Positions 9,584 to 18,255 of a stretch of 64,000 nt of DNA are shown piece by piece (positions within the stretch are counted from its first letter, which is position 1; every line of letters starts with the position of its first letter). Origin of the DNA: Candidatus Kerfeldbacteria bacterium (GTDB taxonomy: Bacteria > Patescibacteriota > Patescibacteriia > SBBC01 > CAIJZX01); assembly GCA_016193315.1 (NCBI GenBank), contig JACPSJ010000001.1, positions 663,478-727,477 on the forward strand, given 5' to 3'. The translations under genes were made by a program, and so were the position numbers. The notes beneath the pieces are model-generated. The model made no database searches. It was not told where the DNA came from and worked only from the letters and a program-made list of their open reading frames with translations.

Positions 9584-9847
9584 TTATCGAGCTGAAGTTT
9601 TAGAGACAGGAATCAGTCGCTTTTTTGCGAAGGCAAAACCTGAACCAGATTTCAAGTATTTCTCAAATGCCAGAGCATCTTTCTTTTCCAGGAAAGCACA
9701 GTACCAGACCAATCTGAACGGAACTTTTGCGGAGGAATATTTTTGACCCTTACTGTTATGCTTTGCTAGCTGCTTCTTTAGATCGCTACTGAATCCTTTA
9801 TAGAAACTATGATCTTTCTGACTCTGAATGATGTAGACGTAATACAT
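9584..9847 (-). CDS. Small GIY-YIG nuclease-domain protein (UPF0213/YhbQ-like)
   Basis: YYVYIIQSQKDHSFYKGFSSDLKKQLAKHN matches the GIY-(x10)-YIG motif. Low-GC. Start at the second Met (MYYVYII); the ORF also allows 9886. Confidence 0.65.
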   Translation of the reverse strand: MYYVYIIQSQKDHSFYKGFSSDLKKQLAKHNSKGQKYSSAKVPFRLVWYCAFLEKKDALAFEKYLKSGSGFAFAKKRLIPVSKTSAR

Positions 9848-9949
9848 GTCTTGGCTGCACTCCTTCGCTAAAGCTTCGGAGTACACTGCTCAAATTAAGA
9901 GTCTTTGTAGCTGTGCTTGCACTGCGAAGCTTCGATGGAAGCGAAGCAG

Positions 9950-10030
9950 TGGTCGGGGTGGCGGGGATCGAACCCACGACCTCACGGACCCGCCCCGAAT
10001 AAAGCGAGCCGTAATTGATTCCTCTCCCCG
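9950..10030 (-). other. Orphan tRNA 3'-half fragment (variable loop + T-arm + acceptor 3' strand + encoded CCA) with no matching 5' half
   Basis: RC reads ...CCGTGAGGTC GTGGG TTCGATC CCCGC CACCCCG A CCA. T-stem/loop and acceptor are tRNA-Pro-like but differ from the adjacent intact tRNA-Pro. Confidence 0.6.
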
Positions 10031-10033
10031 CAG

Positions 10034-10106
10034 TCGGGGTACCGAGACTCGAACTCGGGACCTCACGCACCCGAAGCGTGCGCGCTACCAACTGCGCTAT
10101 ACCCCG
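10034..10106 (-). tRNA. tRNA-Pro (anticodon CGG)
   Basis: RC = CGGGGTA TA GCGC AGTTGGTA GCGC G CACGC TTCGGGT GCGTG AGGTC CCGAG TTCGAGT CTCGG TACCCCG A. All four stems are canonical. CCA is not encoded. Confidence 0.85.
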
Positions 10107-10107
10107 A

Positions 10108-10260
10108 CTGCGGGGAGAAATAATGTCTCGCTTTTACGGGGCAAGAACCGTGCGCTTGCCGCGTTTTATGCGGCGCTACCAACTGCCTGCCCCGTCATCC
10201 CGCGCGAGCGGGATTTTACGGGGCGCTACACCTCGACTGGGCGCCGGACGCGCTCCGTCA
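10108..10260 (-). other. Degenerate tRNA-derived debris (three decayed copies of a tRNA-Pro-like D-arm / 5' region)
   Basis: RC contains GGCAGTTGGTAGCGCC and GGTGTAGCGCCCCGTAAAA next to the CAGTTGGTAGCGCG D-arm of the intact tRNA. GCCCCGTAAAA occurs twice. Confidence 0.45.
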
Positions 10261-10320
10261 AGTTTGAAACGACGACCAAACACTAGCACAAACTAGCTAG
10301 TCCATCAAGCACGCTAAATA

Positions 10321-10351
10321 CAAAGAAACCGCCAGGCGGCAGTTTCTTTGT
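10321..10351 (-). terminator. Rho-independent terminator-like hairpin downstream of the DUF2795 gene
   Basis: caaagaaaccgcc aggc ggcagtttctttg forms a 12-13-bp stem with a U-rich 3' flank on both strands. Confidence 0.45.
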
Positions 10352-10361
10352 GACTGCCATC

Positions 10362-10568
10362 TTACATCATCCCGGCCGCTTTCATCACGTCTTCGGCACT
10401 GTTGTACGTTCCGTCCGGCACCTTGTCCATGAACGTTTTTCGGTGGTCTTCCGGCACGTGCGACATGTTGTTGCAGGCCATCCAAATATCCTGCTTGGTG
10501 GCCGGATAGGTGACGTGCGACTTGAGATGGTCCATCATCTCCTGCATATCATTGCCCATTGGTTCCAT
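10362..10568 (-). CDS. DUF2795 small protein
   Basis: HLKSHVTYPATKQDIWMACNNMSHVPEDHRKTFMDKVPDGTYNSAEDVMKAAG matches the DUF2795 consensus (YPAtK...DG.Y.s). SD GGAGGTG lies 5 nt upstream of ATG 10568. Confidence 0.7.
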   Translation of the reverse strand: MEPMGNDMQEMMDHLKSHVTYPATKQDIWMACNNMSHVPEDHRKTFMDKVPDGTYNSAEDVMKAAGMM

Positions 10569-10572
10569 ACCA

Positions 10573-11391
10573 TCACCTCCTTTCGTTTGCCAGCGCCAGC
10601 GCGCCGTAGAGTCCTGATCGATCGCCGAGTTTGCCAGCCACGATCGGCGGCATTGGTTTCGGCATTCGCCACAGCCGTCGAGCGGCCCGACGAACGTCGC
10701 CAAGACGAAGGGCCGAAGGCCGTACGAGTCCCCCGCCGAGGATCATCAGCTCTGGTGACCAGGCGACCATGAGGTTGACGAGCGCGTAAGCCAATACTTC
10801 GCTCAGTCGACCCCACACTCGACGGCTTCGGATGTCACCTGGCTTGGTGTGCCAACGAGTTTCAATCGCCCGGCCGGAAACGACGCGACCAAGCGTGGTC
10901 AACCTTCCTTTGTCGTCGGGCACCAATAGATGGCGTAATTCAAAACCCATGGCGTTGCGATCGATCCGGCCGTCGACGATCCGGACGCCGTTCGTGCCGG
11001 TACTGACGGTTAGAAAACCGACGATCGACCGACCGCGGCCAGCGCCGGCCACAGCTTCGCCAAGACCATTCAAGGCCGCGTCGTTTTCCAGTCGAACTTT
11101 CGTCTTTAGTCTCCTGGCCAAGTCGTCCGCCAGCGGTCGATGGATCCAATCCGGCGATTGGCAATCGAGGATTCGGCGATGCCGAGCATCCAGCGGCCCG
11201 GCAAAGCCGCCAACCGCCAAACGCGGGCGACGACCACCAAGTGACGAAAGCGCCGTCTCAGTTAGCTTCTGCAGGCCCCGGTGATACTTGGCCGGAGTGG
11301 GGAAAACGTGGACGCGGTCCAGCCGTGGCCCCCGGCGGTTGATTGCCACGCGGGTTTTGGTCACCCCGATATCGAACACCAACAAACTCAT
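10573..11391 (-). CDS. ROK/BadF-type sugar kinase (glucokinase-like)
   Basis: N-terminal LLVFDIGVTKTRVAI (ATPase phosphate-1) and LENDAALNGLGE ROK signature. 4-nt overlap with the tkt stop. Confidence 0.7.
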   Translation of the reverse strand: MSLLVFDIGVTKTRVAINRRGPRLDRVHVFPTPAKYHRGLQKLTETALSSLGGRRPRLAVGGFAGPLDARHRRILDCQSPDWIHRPLADDLARRLKTKVRLENDAALNGLGEAVAGAGRGRSIVGFLTVSTGTNGVRIVDGRIDRNAMGFELRHLLVPDDKGRLTTLGRVVSGRAIETRWHTKPGDIRSRRVWGRLSEVLAYALVNLMVAWSPELMILGGGLVRPSALRLGDVRRAARRLWRMPKPMPPIVAGKLGDRSGLYGALALANERR

Positions 11392-13217
11392 CGGGTGATT
11401 TTCACGACGGCCGTAACGATGGCCGCAGCATTAATTCCTTCGTACTTCAGTAGTTCCTCGGGTTTGCCGCTCCGCGGCGTCTTCCGCACTGCGAGCGACA
11501 TCACCACGCCAGCCTGTTTGCCAAGGGCGCTGCGGACCGCCTCAGCGATCCCGCCTTCTGGGTAGTGGTCCTCCACGACCATCAAGTGCTTGCTCTCACG
11601 GGCGGCCTGTTTCAGCGTCGCCGTGTCGATCGGTTTGATCGAGTAGAGATCAATGACCCGGACTCGGATTTTCCGTTTGGCCAGGATATCAGCAGCTTTC
11701 AAAGCTTCATGTAGCGTGACCCCAGCCGCTACGACCGTCGCTCGATCATCCTTACTCCGCCGCAGCACCTGACTGCCCCCGATGGTGAATCGGGTGGTTG
11801 GTTTGTAGATCACCGGTAATGGATTTCGGGTGGCCCGAAGGTACACCATCCCCTGCCCGCGCAACGATTTCTCCAGCAACCGTTCGGCGGCCACCGCATC
11901 ACTCGGATACAGTATCATGCTATTTTCCAGCGTTCGAAACAAGGCCATGTCCTGCAAGCCCATCTGTGAGGGGCCGTCTTGGCCAATGTGCACGCCAACA
12001 TGCGTCCCAATGAACATGAGGTGCTGTCGCGAGTACGAGGCCATGCGGAGTTGATCAAGGGCGCGGGTGTAAAAGGCGCCAAAGGTGGCCATGACCGGCA
12101 GCTTGCCTCGCTTGGCCAAACCAAGACTCATGCCCACAATGTTTTGTTCAGCAATGTAGCCTTCGACAAAGCGTCGCGCAAATCGTTTCTCAAACAGCTC
12201 AGTATACGTTGAATTTTTCACTTCGCCATCAAGCACAACCAATGACGGGAAAGCCGGCGCCAATCGTACCAGCCCTCGACCCAGCGCCAGCCGTGGCGCC
12301 ACCATGTCGCCGAGTCGATACTTCAGTTCGCGGGCTGATTTTCGTTTCGCGGCCAACGGCTGGCGTGCCTCGGGTTTCATCACGCTGCCGCGGAGCTTCT
12401 CATTGACCGGTCCAACATCCCGCGCCGCTTGGTCAGCTTCTTCCTGCGTTAAGGCGCGGCCGTGCCACCCCGGCTGACCGGAAATCAGCGACACACCCTG
12501 CCCCTTAATCGTCTGACCGATAATTATGATCGGCGAATCTTTTGACTTGGCCGCCTGTTGAAATATGGTCACAATCTTTTTCAGGTCGTGCCCGTCGACA
12601 ATCATCGTTTTCCATCCAAATCCTTCCACTCGCCTGGCCATCGCCCTGGCATCATGCTGCAACATGGTCGGTCCGGATTGGCCGAGACCGTTGAGATCGA
12701 GAACCGCGACCAGGTTGTTGACCCTGAGGAAGCCGGCCAGCTGGATGGCCTCCCAAACGCTTCCTTCGGCCATTTCCGAGTCTCCCAGCAGGCAATAGAC
12801 CCGACAAATCAGTTTATCCATCCTGGCTGCCAAAGCCTCTCCGAGGGCCACGGAGAGCCCCTGGCCGAGGCTGCCGGTCGGTACCTCAGCATTAGGAAAT
12901 CGGGGCATGGGATGGCCTTCCAGGCGGCTGCCGAATTTCCGTAGAGTCAGTAGCTCTTTTGGGCTAACCCGGCCGGCGGCGGCATAGAGAGCGTACAGCA
13001 GCGGCGCGGCATGGCCTTTGGAAAAAATGAGCCGATCATTATTTGGATATCCTGGTCGACGGAGATCGGCCCGGAAAACCCCACCGAACATCAGACCGAC
13101 CATCAACTCGACTGCTGAGAGCGATGAACTCAAATGGCCGGATCCGGCCGCAGTCGTCATCCGGATCAGCCAGGCGCGTATCAGGCGCGACAGCGCTTCG
13201 AGGCCGAGGTTATCCAC
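11388..13217 (-). CDS. tkt: Transketolase (single polypeptide, 609 aa)
   Basis: ThDP-binding N-domain (GSGHLSSSLSAVEL, GHPMPRFPN), pyrimidine-binding domain and C-terminal domain are all present. Confidence 0.9.
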   Translation of the reverse strand: MDNLGLEALSRLIRAWLIRMTTAAGSGHLSSSLSAVELMVGLMFGGVFRADLRRPGYPNNDRLIFSKGHAAPLLYALYAAAGRVSPKELLTLRKFGSRLEGHPMPRFPNAEVPTGSLGQGLSVALGEALAARMDKLICRVYCLLGDSEMAEGSVWEAIQLAGFLRVNNLVAVLDLNGLGQSGPTMLQHDARAMARRVEGFGWKTMIVDGHDLKKIVTIFQQAAKSKDSPIIIIGQTIKGQGVSLISGQPGWHGRALTQEEADQAARDVGPVNEKLRGSVMKPEARQPLAAKRKSARELKYRLGDMVAPRLALGRGLVRLAPAFPSLVVLDGEVKNSTYTELFEKRFARRFVEGYIAEQNIVGMSLGLAKRGKLPVMATFGAFYTRALDQLRMASYSRQHLMFIGTHVGVHIGQDGPSQMGLQDMALFRTLENSMILYPSDAVAAERLLEKSLRGQGMVYLRATRNPLPVIYKPTTRFTIGGSQVLRRSKDDRATVVAAGVTLHEALKAADILAKRKIRVRVIDLYSIKPIDTATLKQAARESKHLMVVEDHYPEGGIAEAVRSALGKQAGVVMSLAVRKTPRSGKPEELLKYEGINAAAIVTAVVKITR

Positions 13218-13437
13218 GTTGTTTGTCGATCAGCCGAAATCGAGGCATCGTTTTCCCATCAACGGTGACGTCTTGGAGAAACATTGCCGCTGGCCGGATC
13301 CACAGGCGGTGGTCGCGAGAGACCGCCTGGTAGACAACGAACGCTTCCTTGGTTTCGCTGTGTCGGGCCAGGCCGATGACCTCATAGGCGCCGCCCTTGT
13401 AATGTTGATACAAACCTGGACGTACATCCGGCTCCAT
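13210..13437 (-). CDS. DUF1653 family small protein
   Basis: GLYQHYKGGAYEVIGLARHSETKEAFVVYQA matches the DUF1653 core. Overlaps the tkt start by 8 nt. Confidence 0.65.
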   Translation of the reverse strand: MEPDVRPGLYQHYKGGAYEVIGLARHSETKEAFVVYQAVSRDHRLWIRPAAMFLQDVTVDGKTMPRFRLIDKQRG

Positions 13438-13466
13438 GATTCTAGTCTAGCATGAACCGTCGGCGT

Positions 13467-14600
13467 TTACACCTTCCCTTGCTTGATCAACGTCCGGTAG
13501 TGCTCGACGAGGGTGTTGAAATACCACAGATTATGCATCGTCAACAGCACCAGGCCGGTGATTTCCTTGGCGCGCACCAGATGCGCAATGTAGGCCCGGG
13601 TATAGTGGTGGCAGACGTCGCAGCCGCACTGAAGATCGAGCGGCTTCCGTTCGTTGAGCCACGCCGGCTTTGTCAGATCCAATCGGCCACGGCTCGTAAA
13701 GGCCGTCCCGTGCCGGGCGTAGTGCGTCGGCACAATGCAATCAAAGGTATCGACGCCGGCGGCGATGATGTGGCGGATATCCTCCGGGTGTCCAATCCCG
13801 AGCAGGTGGCGCGGCTTCTCCGGCGGCAGCAGATCGTTCACTGCCCCAACCATCTTGGCCATGATGGACTTATTGGTGCCGAACTCACCGCCGATGCCAA
13901 AACCGGCGAACGGCCGTCCAGCCATGAATTCAGCGCTGCCACGTCGCAGATCTTGATACCGGCCTCCTTGGACGATCCCCAGGAGCGATTGCTTCGTTCG
14001 ATGCTCACGCAGGCAGACCTCAGCCCAGGCGTGCGTCCGCCCGAGCGATTGCCGGACATAGTCCTTGGTCGCCGTGGGTGGTGGACATTCGTCAAAAGCC
14101 AAAATGATATCGGCGCCCAGGGCTTCCTGAATTTTCATCGACTCCTGGGGGCCGATAAAAAGCGCCTGGCCATCGAGCGGTGAGCGAAACCGCACGCCTC
14201 GGTCAGTGATTGCCAGGTGTTGCGGTTGGCTGCCCAGGCCGACTCGGGGTCGGGCGTGCCATGGCGCCATTTTCCCCAAGCCGAAATCACGACCGAACCC
14301 TAGGCTGAAAACCTGAAACCCCCCCGAATCCGTCATCAGCGGCATCGGCCAGTGCATGAAACGATGAAGGCCGCCGGATTTCTTGACTGCTTGCTCACCC
14401 GGCTTGAGGTGGAGATGGAACGTGTTGCCGATCAAAACCTGGCACTTGACGGCCGCGGCTTGCTCGCTGGTCAGCGTTTTGACTACCGCTTGGGTCGCCA
14501 CCGGCACTAAGGCCGGGGTCTCAATGGTGCCGTGGGGAGTCTCAAGAATTCCGAGACGGGCCCGGCTACGTTTGGAATTCTTAAGAATGCGAAAACGCAT
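13467..14600 (-). CDS. tgt: Queuine tRNA-ribosyltransferase (tRNA-guanine transglycosylase)
   Basis: LETPHGTIETPALVPV N-terminus, catalytic Asp region, and zinc site CGCDVCHHYTRAYIAHL. Confidence 0.9.
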   Translation of the reverse strand: MRFRILKNSKRSRARLGILETPHGTIETPALVPVATQAVVKTLTSEQAAAVKCQVLIGNTFHLHLKPGEQAVKKSGGLHRFMHWPMPLMTDSGGFQVFSLGFGRDFGLGKMAPWHARPRVGLGSQPQHLAITDRGVRFRSPLDGQALFIGPQESMKIQEALGADIILAFDECPPPTATKDYVRQSLGRTHAWAEVCLREHRTKQSLLGIVQGGRYQDLRRGSAEFMAGRPFAGFGIGGEFGTNKSIMAKMVGAVNDLLPPEKPRHLLGIGHPEDIRHIIAAGVDTFDCIVPTHYARHGTAFTSRGRLDLTKPAWLNERKPLDLQCGCDVCHHYTRAYIAHLVRAKEITGLVLLTMHNLWYFNTLVEHYRTLIKQGKV

Positions 14601-14629
14601 GACAGATTATTCTTCCGTGGCCGGACGGC

Positions 14630-15037
14630 TTACTGGGGACCTTTCGCGCTGCCCGGTTTGAAATCAAGCGCCAGCGAATTGATGCAGTATCGCTTGCCGG
14701 TCGGCGCCGGGCCGTCATCAAAGACGTGGCCGAGGTGCGATCCGCAGCGCGAGCACTGCACTTCCAGCCGATGCATCCCGAGCGACAAATCATCCACCGT
14801 CTTGACGTGCGCGGCAAAAGCCGGATCCCAAAAGCTCGGCCAGCCAGTCTTGGAATCGAACTTGGTATCCGATCGAAACAGCTCTTGACCGCAGACGACG
14901 CAGACGTACATGCCCTTGGCCTGGTGGTGCAAGAACTTACCACTGCCTGGCGGTTCGGTGCCTTTAAGAAAACAAACGTTATATTGCTCGGGCGTTAGCT
15001 TGTTCTTCATGTCCGCCGCGTATGACTTGTTATTCAT
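14630..15037 (-). CDS. msrB: Peptide-methionine (R)-S-oxide reductase
   Basis: CVVCGQELF...CSRCGSHLGHVFDDGP (two CxxC motifs plus the catalytic region). Confidence 0.9.
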   Translation of the reverse strand: MNNKSYAADMKNKLTPEQYNVCFLKGTEPPGSGKFLHHQAKGMYVCVVCGQELFRSDTKFDSKTGWPSFWDPAFAAHVKTVDDLSLGMHRLEVQCSRCGSHLGHVFDDGPAPTGKRYCINSLALDFKPGSAKGPQ

Positions 15038-15223
15038 TTGGCTCGCAGGGAATTGTAAGTAATATCATCTTAGCACACAATGGCAGACGGCAATGGTCCG
15101 GTCAAGGACGCCCAGGGCGGCCAGGATGAACAGTTGTGCGGTACGGATTTGACAGACTGTCGGTGATTGCCCATACTACGCCGGCAGCGGTTCCAGTTGA
15201 CCTTACAACCCACAGAGGAATTG

Positions 15224-16300
15224 ATGCCCAAACCGTATCGGCTGGATATGCGCCGTGCCCGCCGCGTGTTTGGGCGAATCGTGGTGGCGTACCAGCGACA
15301 GCAGTTCCCGTTCAACCTGCCCGGCGTCGTCCTGCCGCACATCGATGAACGACTGCCGAACACCATGCACCGCGGGGGCGAAGACCACGCCCGTTTCCTT
15401 TTCTACGCCTGTCTCCAGATGAAAGGTGGCATCAAAAGCGATACCGCGCTGCAAACGCTGGCTCGGCTCCACGAACGGCGTCCGGACCTGTTTCGTCCCG
15501 AGTGCGCTGGCCGCCTGTCGCCGGCTGACGTCACGCGTCTGCTGGTCGACTACCGCCTGGGGCTCAACAGCCAGCTGATCGGCCAGCACTGGGTCGAAAA
15601 CTCGCGACGGTTGATGGCCCGCCACGACGGTCGTGTGATCGGCATGTTCCACGGCATTCGCACTTACGACGAAGCCTGCCGGCTGGTGCTCAACCAGCTC
15701 AATGGGCCGTCGGGACCGGCCGGATTTCTCGGTTTCGGCCACAAGATGGTCAGCATGCTGCTGTACTTCCTGATCGACGCCCGACTGATCACCGAGTTCC
15801 CCTTCCCGCCGCCGGTTGATATCCACTGGCTCCGTCTGCTCGTCGAGCACCGGATCCTGAGCTGGCGCGGCCGGATTGGCACCGAACCACCAGACGACCT
15901 CCCCTATGGTGGGAATTTCTTCCAGCCGGGCATTCTGGCCGATGTCCGCCGGCTGCTCCGGCGGTACATCGAAACGTGCGGTTGGCCCCAAGTCGAAGTC
16001 AACAACGCCATTTGGTTGTACGCCAAGACGCTCTGCGGCCGGCAACCGGGGAACCGAAGCCACCATGGTCGGTACCCTGCCAGACGAACGACGGTTCGCC
16101 CGGTCTCGATTGCCTGGACCCCGGAACAGCTCCGCGCCTACCAGCAGACGTGCGCGCGGTGTATTGTCCAGCGGACCTGCCGGTTCAACGTGCCGTCGGC
16201 CCTTTACAACCAACTGGGAAGAATTCAGATCCGTGGCCGACGGCCGCAACCGCCGGTCTCGTCCCAACTGTCCTTTTCCTGGAAACGAAAAACGTCGTGA
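15224..16300 (+). CDS. HhH-GPD-superfamily DNA glycosylase-like protein with C-terminal Cys cluster (tentative)
   Basis: GFLGFGHKMVSMLLYFL...FPPPVDIHWLRLL resembles the HhH-GPD helix-hairpin-helix motif (L.G.G.K.A..IL...PVD.H..R). C-terminal CARCIVQRTC. Start at ATG 15224 preceded by AGAGGAA. Confidence 0.4.
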   Translation: MPKPYRLDMRRARRVFGRIVVAYQRQQFPFNLPGVVLPHIDERLPNTMHRGGEDHARFLFYACLQMKGGIKSDTALQTLARLHERRPDLFRPECAGRLSPADVTRLLVDYRLGLNSQLIGQHWVENSRRLMARHDGRVIGMFHGIRTYDEACRLVLNQLNGPSGPAGFLGFGHKMVSMLLYFLIDARLITEFPFPPPVDIHWLRLLVEHRILSWRGRIGTEPPDDLPYGGNFFQPGILADVRRLLRRYIETCGWPQVEVNNAIWLYAKTLCGRQPGNRSHHGRYPARRTTVRPVSIAWTPEQLRAYQQTCARCIVQRTCRFNVPSALYNQLGRIQIRGRRPQPPVSSQLSFSWKRKTS

Positions 16301-16345
16301 AACACGGCGTGTTTTTTTGTTACCAACAGACTCACCGTTGGCCGG

Positions 16346-16480
16346 TTAGCAAGCGTGCGGCATCGGGCACGTCTGGTCGTGCTCTCCCCGTTCCTCTTTC
16401 GTCAGCCGGCCATCCTCAATCGTGAGGACTTGTTTGGCCACGCTCCGCAATCGATCGTCGTGACTAACCATGACCGCGGT
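16346..16480 (-). pseudogene. Orphan 3' fragment of an ABC-transporter ATPase gene (H-loop to stop), paralogous to the 3' end of the gene at 17495-18253
   Basis: Minus-strand translation ...[43 protein letters not shown] aligns with the ABC ATPase C-terminus [30 protein letters not shown]. No N-terminal ABC domain lies upstream of it. Confidence 0.65.
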
Positions 16481-16662
16481 GCGGGGTATTGCTCCGGCGT
16501 CAGTTTCTTTTTCATGCCCGCGGCGGCGAACCCTTTGTTCAGGGGGTTCGAAAGAGAATAGTAAACGGTTCTATCTTAGCATCAGAACCAGACATCAAGA
16601 ATTCTTCACTGGGTAGGGACCGAACCTACTTCCAGTTTTTAAGCAAGCTTTTTCCTCGCCAG

Positions 16663-17403
16663 CTACTTTGTTGCGGTCACCCCGATACCCACGCTATTCT
16701 CTCTATGCTTCTCCCAAAAAGCTGAACCGAATTTCTGTACTCCCGCCTGGGAAATACGGAGAGGAACCCACCGTATGTTCTTAAAACCAGCAGCTCTTAA
16801 ACAACGCTCGTATGTCTGAGATGAATAGTAGTAACAATAGAAATAAAAGGCTTTTCCTGCTTCGTCAAAATGGTCTCCCCGCAATCTTTCGCCATCGACA
16901 AAAAAGGGCTTGTGGTGCTGGCCGGTAAATTTTCTGCCATACTCGAAATGCCGCATCGGCTTTAGGCCAGGGTTCATCGTGATGGCGACAAGACGACCGC
17001 GGTTAGCTAGGAAATCGTAAATCTTCTTGCACATCCGAGACAATACCTTTTCGTTCTTAGCGTAATTGAGCAAGTAGACTGCGGCGGCTATCTGAAACTG
17101 GTTCTTTGTCTCAAACCTAATAATATCCTGAGTGTAGTACTCAATACCCAGTCTTGTCCTAGACTCCAACTTACGGGCTATCTTGATAAGCTCCCGTGAC
17201 AGATCAATGCCTATGACTTTGTGTGGTTCGGCTTGGGCTATTATCCTCGTAAAGTATCCGCTTCCGCACCCAAGATCAATCACCTTCTTTCCGTGTACCC
17301 GCCCAAGCATACTTAGGAAAGACGGCTTAAGAACATCTTCCTTTGTGGGCCCGGCCATCCGGACATACTGTGACGCTATTTTGTCGTATTGAGTCCTTGG
17401 CAC
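16663..17403 (-). CDS. Class I SAM-dependent methyltransferase (low-GC, likely horizontally acquired)
   Basis: Motif I VIDLGCGSGYFT. AT-rich relative to the flanks. Confidence 0.75.
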   Translation of the reverse strand: MPRTQYDKIASQYVRMAGPTKEDVLKPSFLSMLGRVHGKKVIDLGCGSGYFTRIIAQAEPHKVIGIDLSRELIKIARKLESRTRLGIEYYTQDIIRFETKNQFQIAAAVYLLNYAKNEKVLSRMCKKIYDFLANRGRLVAITMNPGLKPMRHFEYGRKFTGQHHKPFFVDGERLRGDHFDEAGKAFYFYCYYYSSQTYERCLRAAGFKNIRWVPLRISQAGVQKFGSAFWEKHRENSVGIGVTATK

Positions 17404-17494
17404 GAAATGGTTCCTTTACCGACGAGGCGTTTTCTGACCCACTCGCTAGATCCAAGAGTTTCATCACGAAACGGTGACCAGCCGCCGCGATTGA

Positions 17495-18253
17495 TCATTG
17501 GTGTTTCATCGAACAGTATTGCTCGTGATCTCCCTGTTTCTCTCCCGTCAACCTACCATCCTCAATCGTCAAAACTCGTTTGGCCACGCTTCTTAGTCGA
17601 CAAAGCAGTTGCATGACTTCATGACCGATGTTCGAATCAAGGTTGGCGGTCGGCTCGTCGGCCAGAATGATTTTCGGATTGTTGATCAGGGCGCGGGCAA
17701 TCGCCACGCGCTGTTTTTCGCCGCCGGACAGATGGCTTGGCAATGCATGCATCCGTTTCTCCAAACCAAGACGTTTCAGAAGTTCTTGAGCTTTCGCCCG
17801 CGATTCGGTAAACGAGTGCCCGGCGATCATCAGCGGTACGGCCACGTTTTGTTCAGCTGTCAGGGCGGCTAACAGATTGAAACTCTGAAATACAAACCCA
17901 AGGCTTTGTAGCCGAACGGCGGGTAATTCGCGCTCGGATTTGTTGGTTATGTCCACCCCATCAATCATTACTTCGCCCGATGTTGGCTTGAGCAGGCCGC
18001 CGGCGATAGTTAGCAGCGTCGTCTTGCCCGAACCTGACGGCCCCATGATTAGAACGATGCCGCCTGGCTCGACGTGGAGGTGGATGCCATCCAGCGCCTT
18101 GACCGCCGTATGGCCACGGCCGAAGGTTTTGCTGACGTCATGGACGCGGAGGAGTTCCAAAGCCAGAGAAATATTTAGGGATACTGTAACATCAAATCTT
18201 GACGGAATGCGCGAGTCGCAGTAACCTGCCGTTTGTCGGTGGCTGGCAAGCAC
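17495..18253 (-). CDS. ABC transporter ATP-binding protein (MacB/LolD-type), apparently lacking the H-loop segment
   Basis: Walker [11 protein letters not shown]-loop, signature [15 protein letters not shown], Walker B ILADEPT. LLCRL runs directly into [15 protein letters not shown] with no VTHD. The true start is probably a TTG ([11 protein letters not shown]) near 18165. Confidence 0.8.
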   Translation of the reverse strand: MLASHRQTAGYCDSRIPSRFDVTVSLNISLALELLRVHDVSKTFGRGHTAVKALDGIHLHVEPGGIVLIMGPSGSGKTTLLTIAGGLLKPTSGEVMIDGVDITNKSERELPAVRLQSLGFVFQSFNLLAALTAEQNVAVPLMIAGHSFTESRAKAQELLKRLGLEKRMHALPSHLSGGEKQRVAIARALINNPKIILADEPTANLDSNIGHEVMQLLCRLRSVAKRVLTIEDGRLTGEKQGDHEQYCSMKHQ

Positions 18254-18255
18254 TT

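Noticed and set aside
9945-10300. Possible tmRNA (ssrA). The 3' end GGTCGTGGGTTCGATCCCCGCCACCCCGACCA closely resembles the E. coli tmRNA T-arm/acceptor/CCA, and CTAGCTAG plus Ala-rich codons lie ~300 nt upstream.
   Set aside because: The required 5' acceptor strand (NGGGGYG pairing with CACCCCG, ideally with G3-U70) is absent at the expected 5' end. A complete canonical tRNA-Pro sits in the middle of the interval. No tag-peptide ORF ending in AA-stop could be identified. The tRNA 3'-fragment/att-remnant reading explains the data better.
16355-16561. 68-aa plus-strand ORF (MRHRARLVVL...) from the ORF track.
   Set aside because: It is antisense to a clear ABC-ATPase 3' fragment whose minus-strand translation aligns residue-by-residue with the neighbouring ATPase. 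It is a shadow ORF.
18199-18255. Upstream extension of tnpA to ATG 18199 ([19 protein letters not shown]...).
   Set aside because: It would overlap the ABC ATPase 5' region on the opposite strand by ~55 nt. The IS200 TnpA fold starts near MTQRAIDGDCIYFVTT. I chose 18256.
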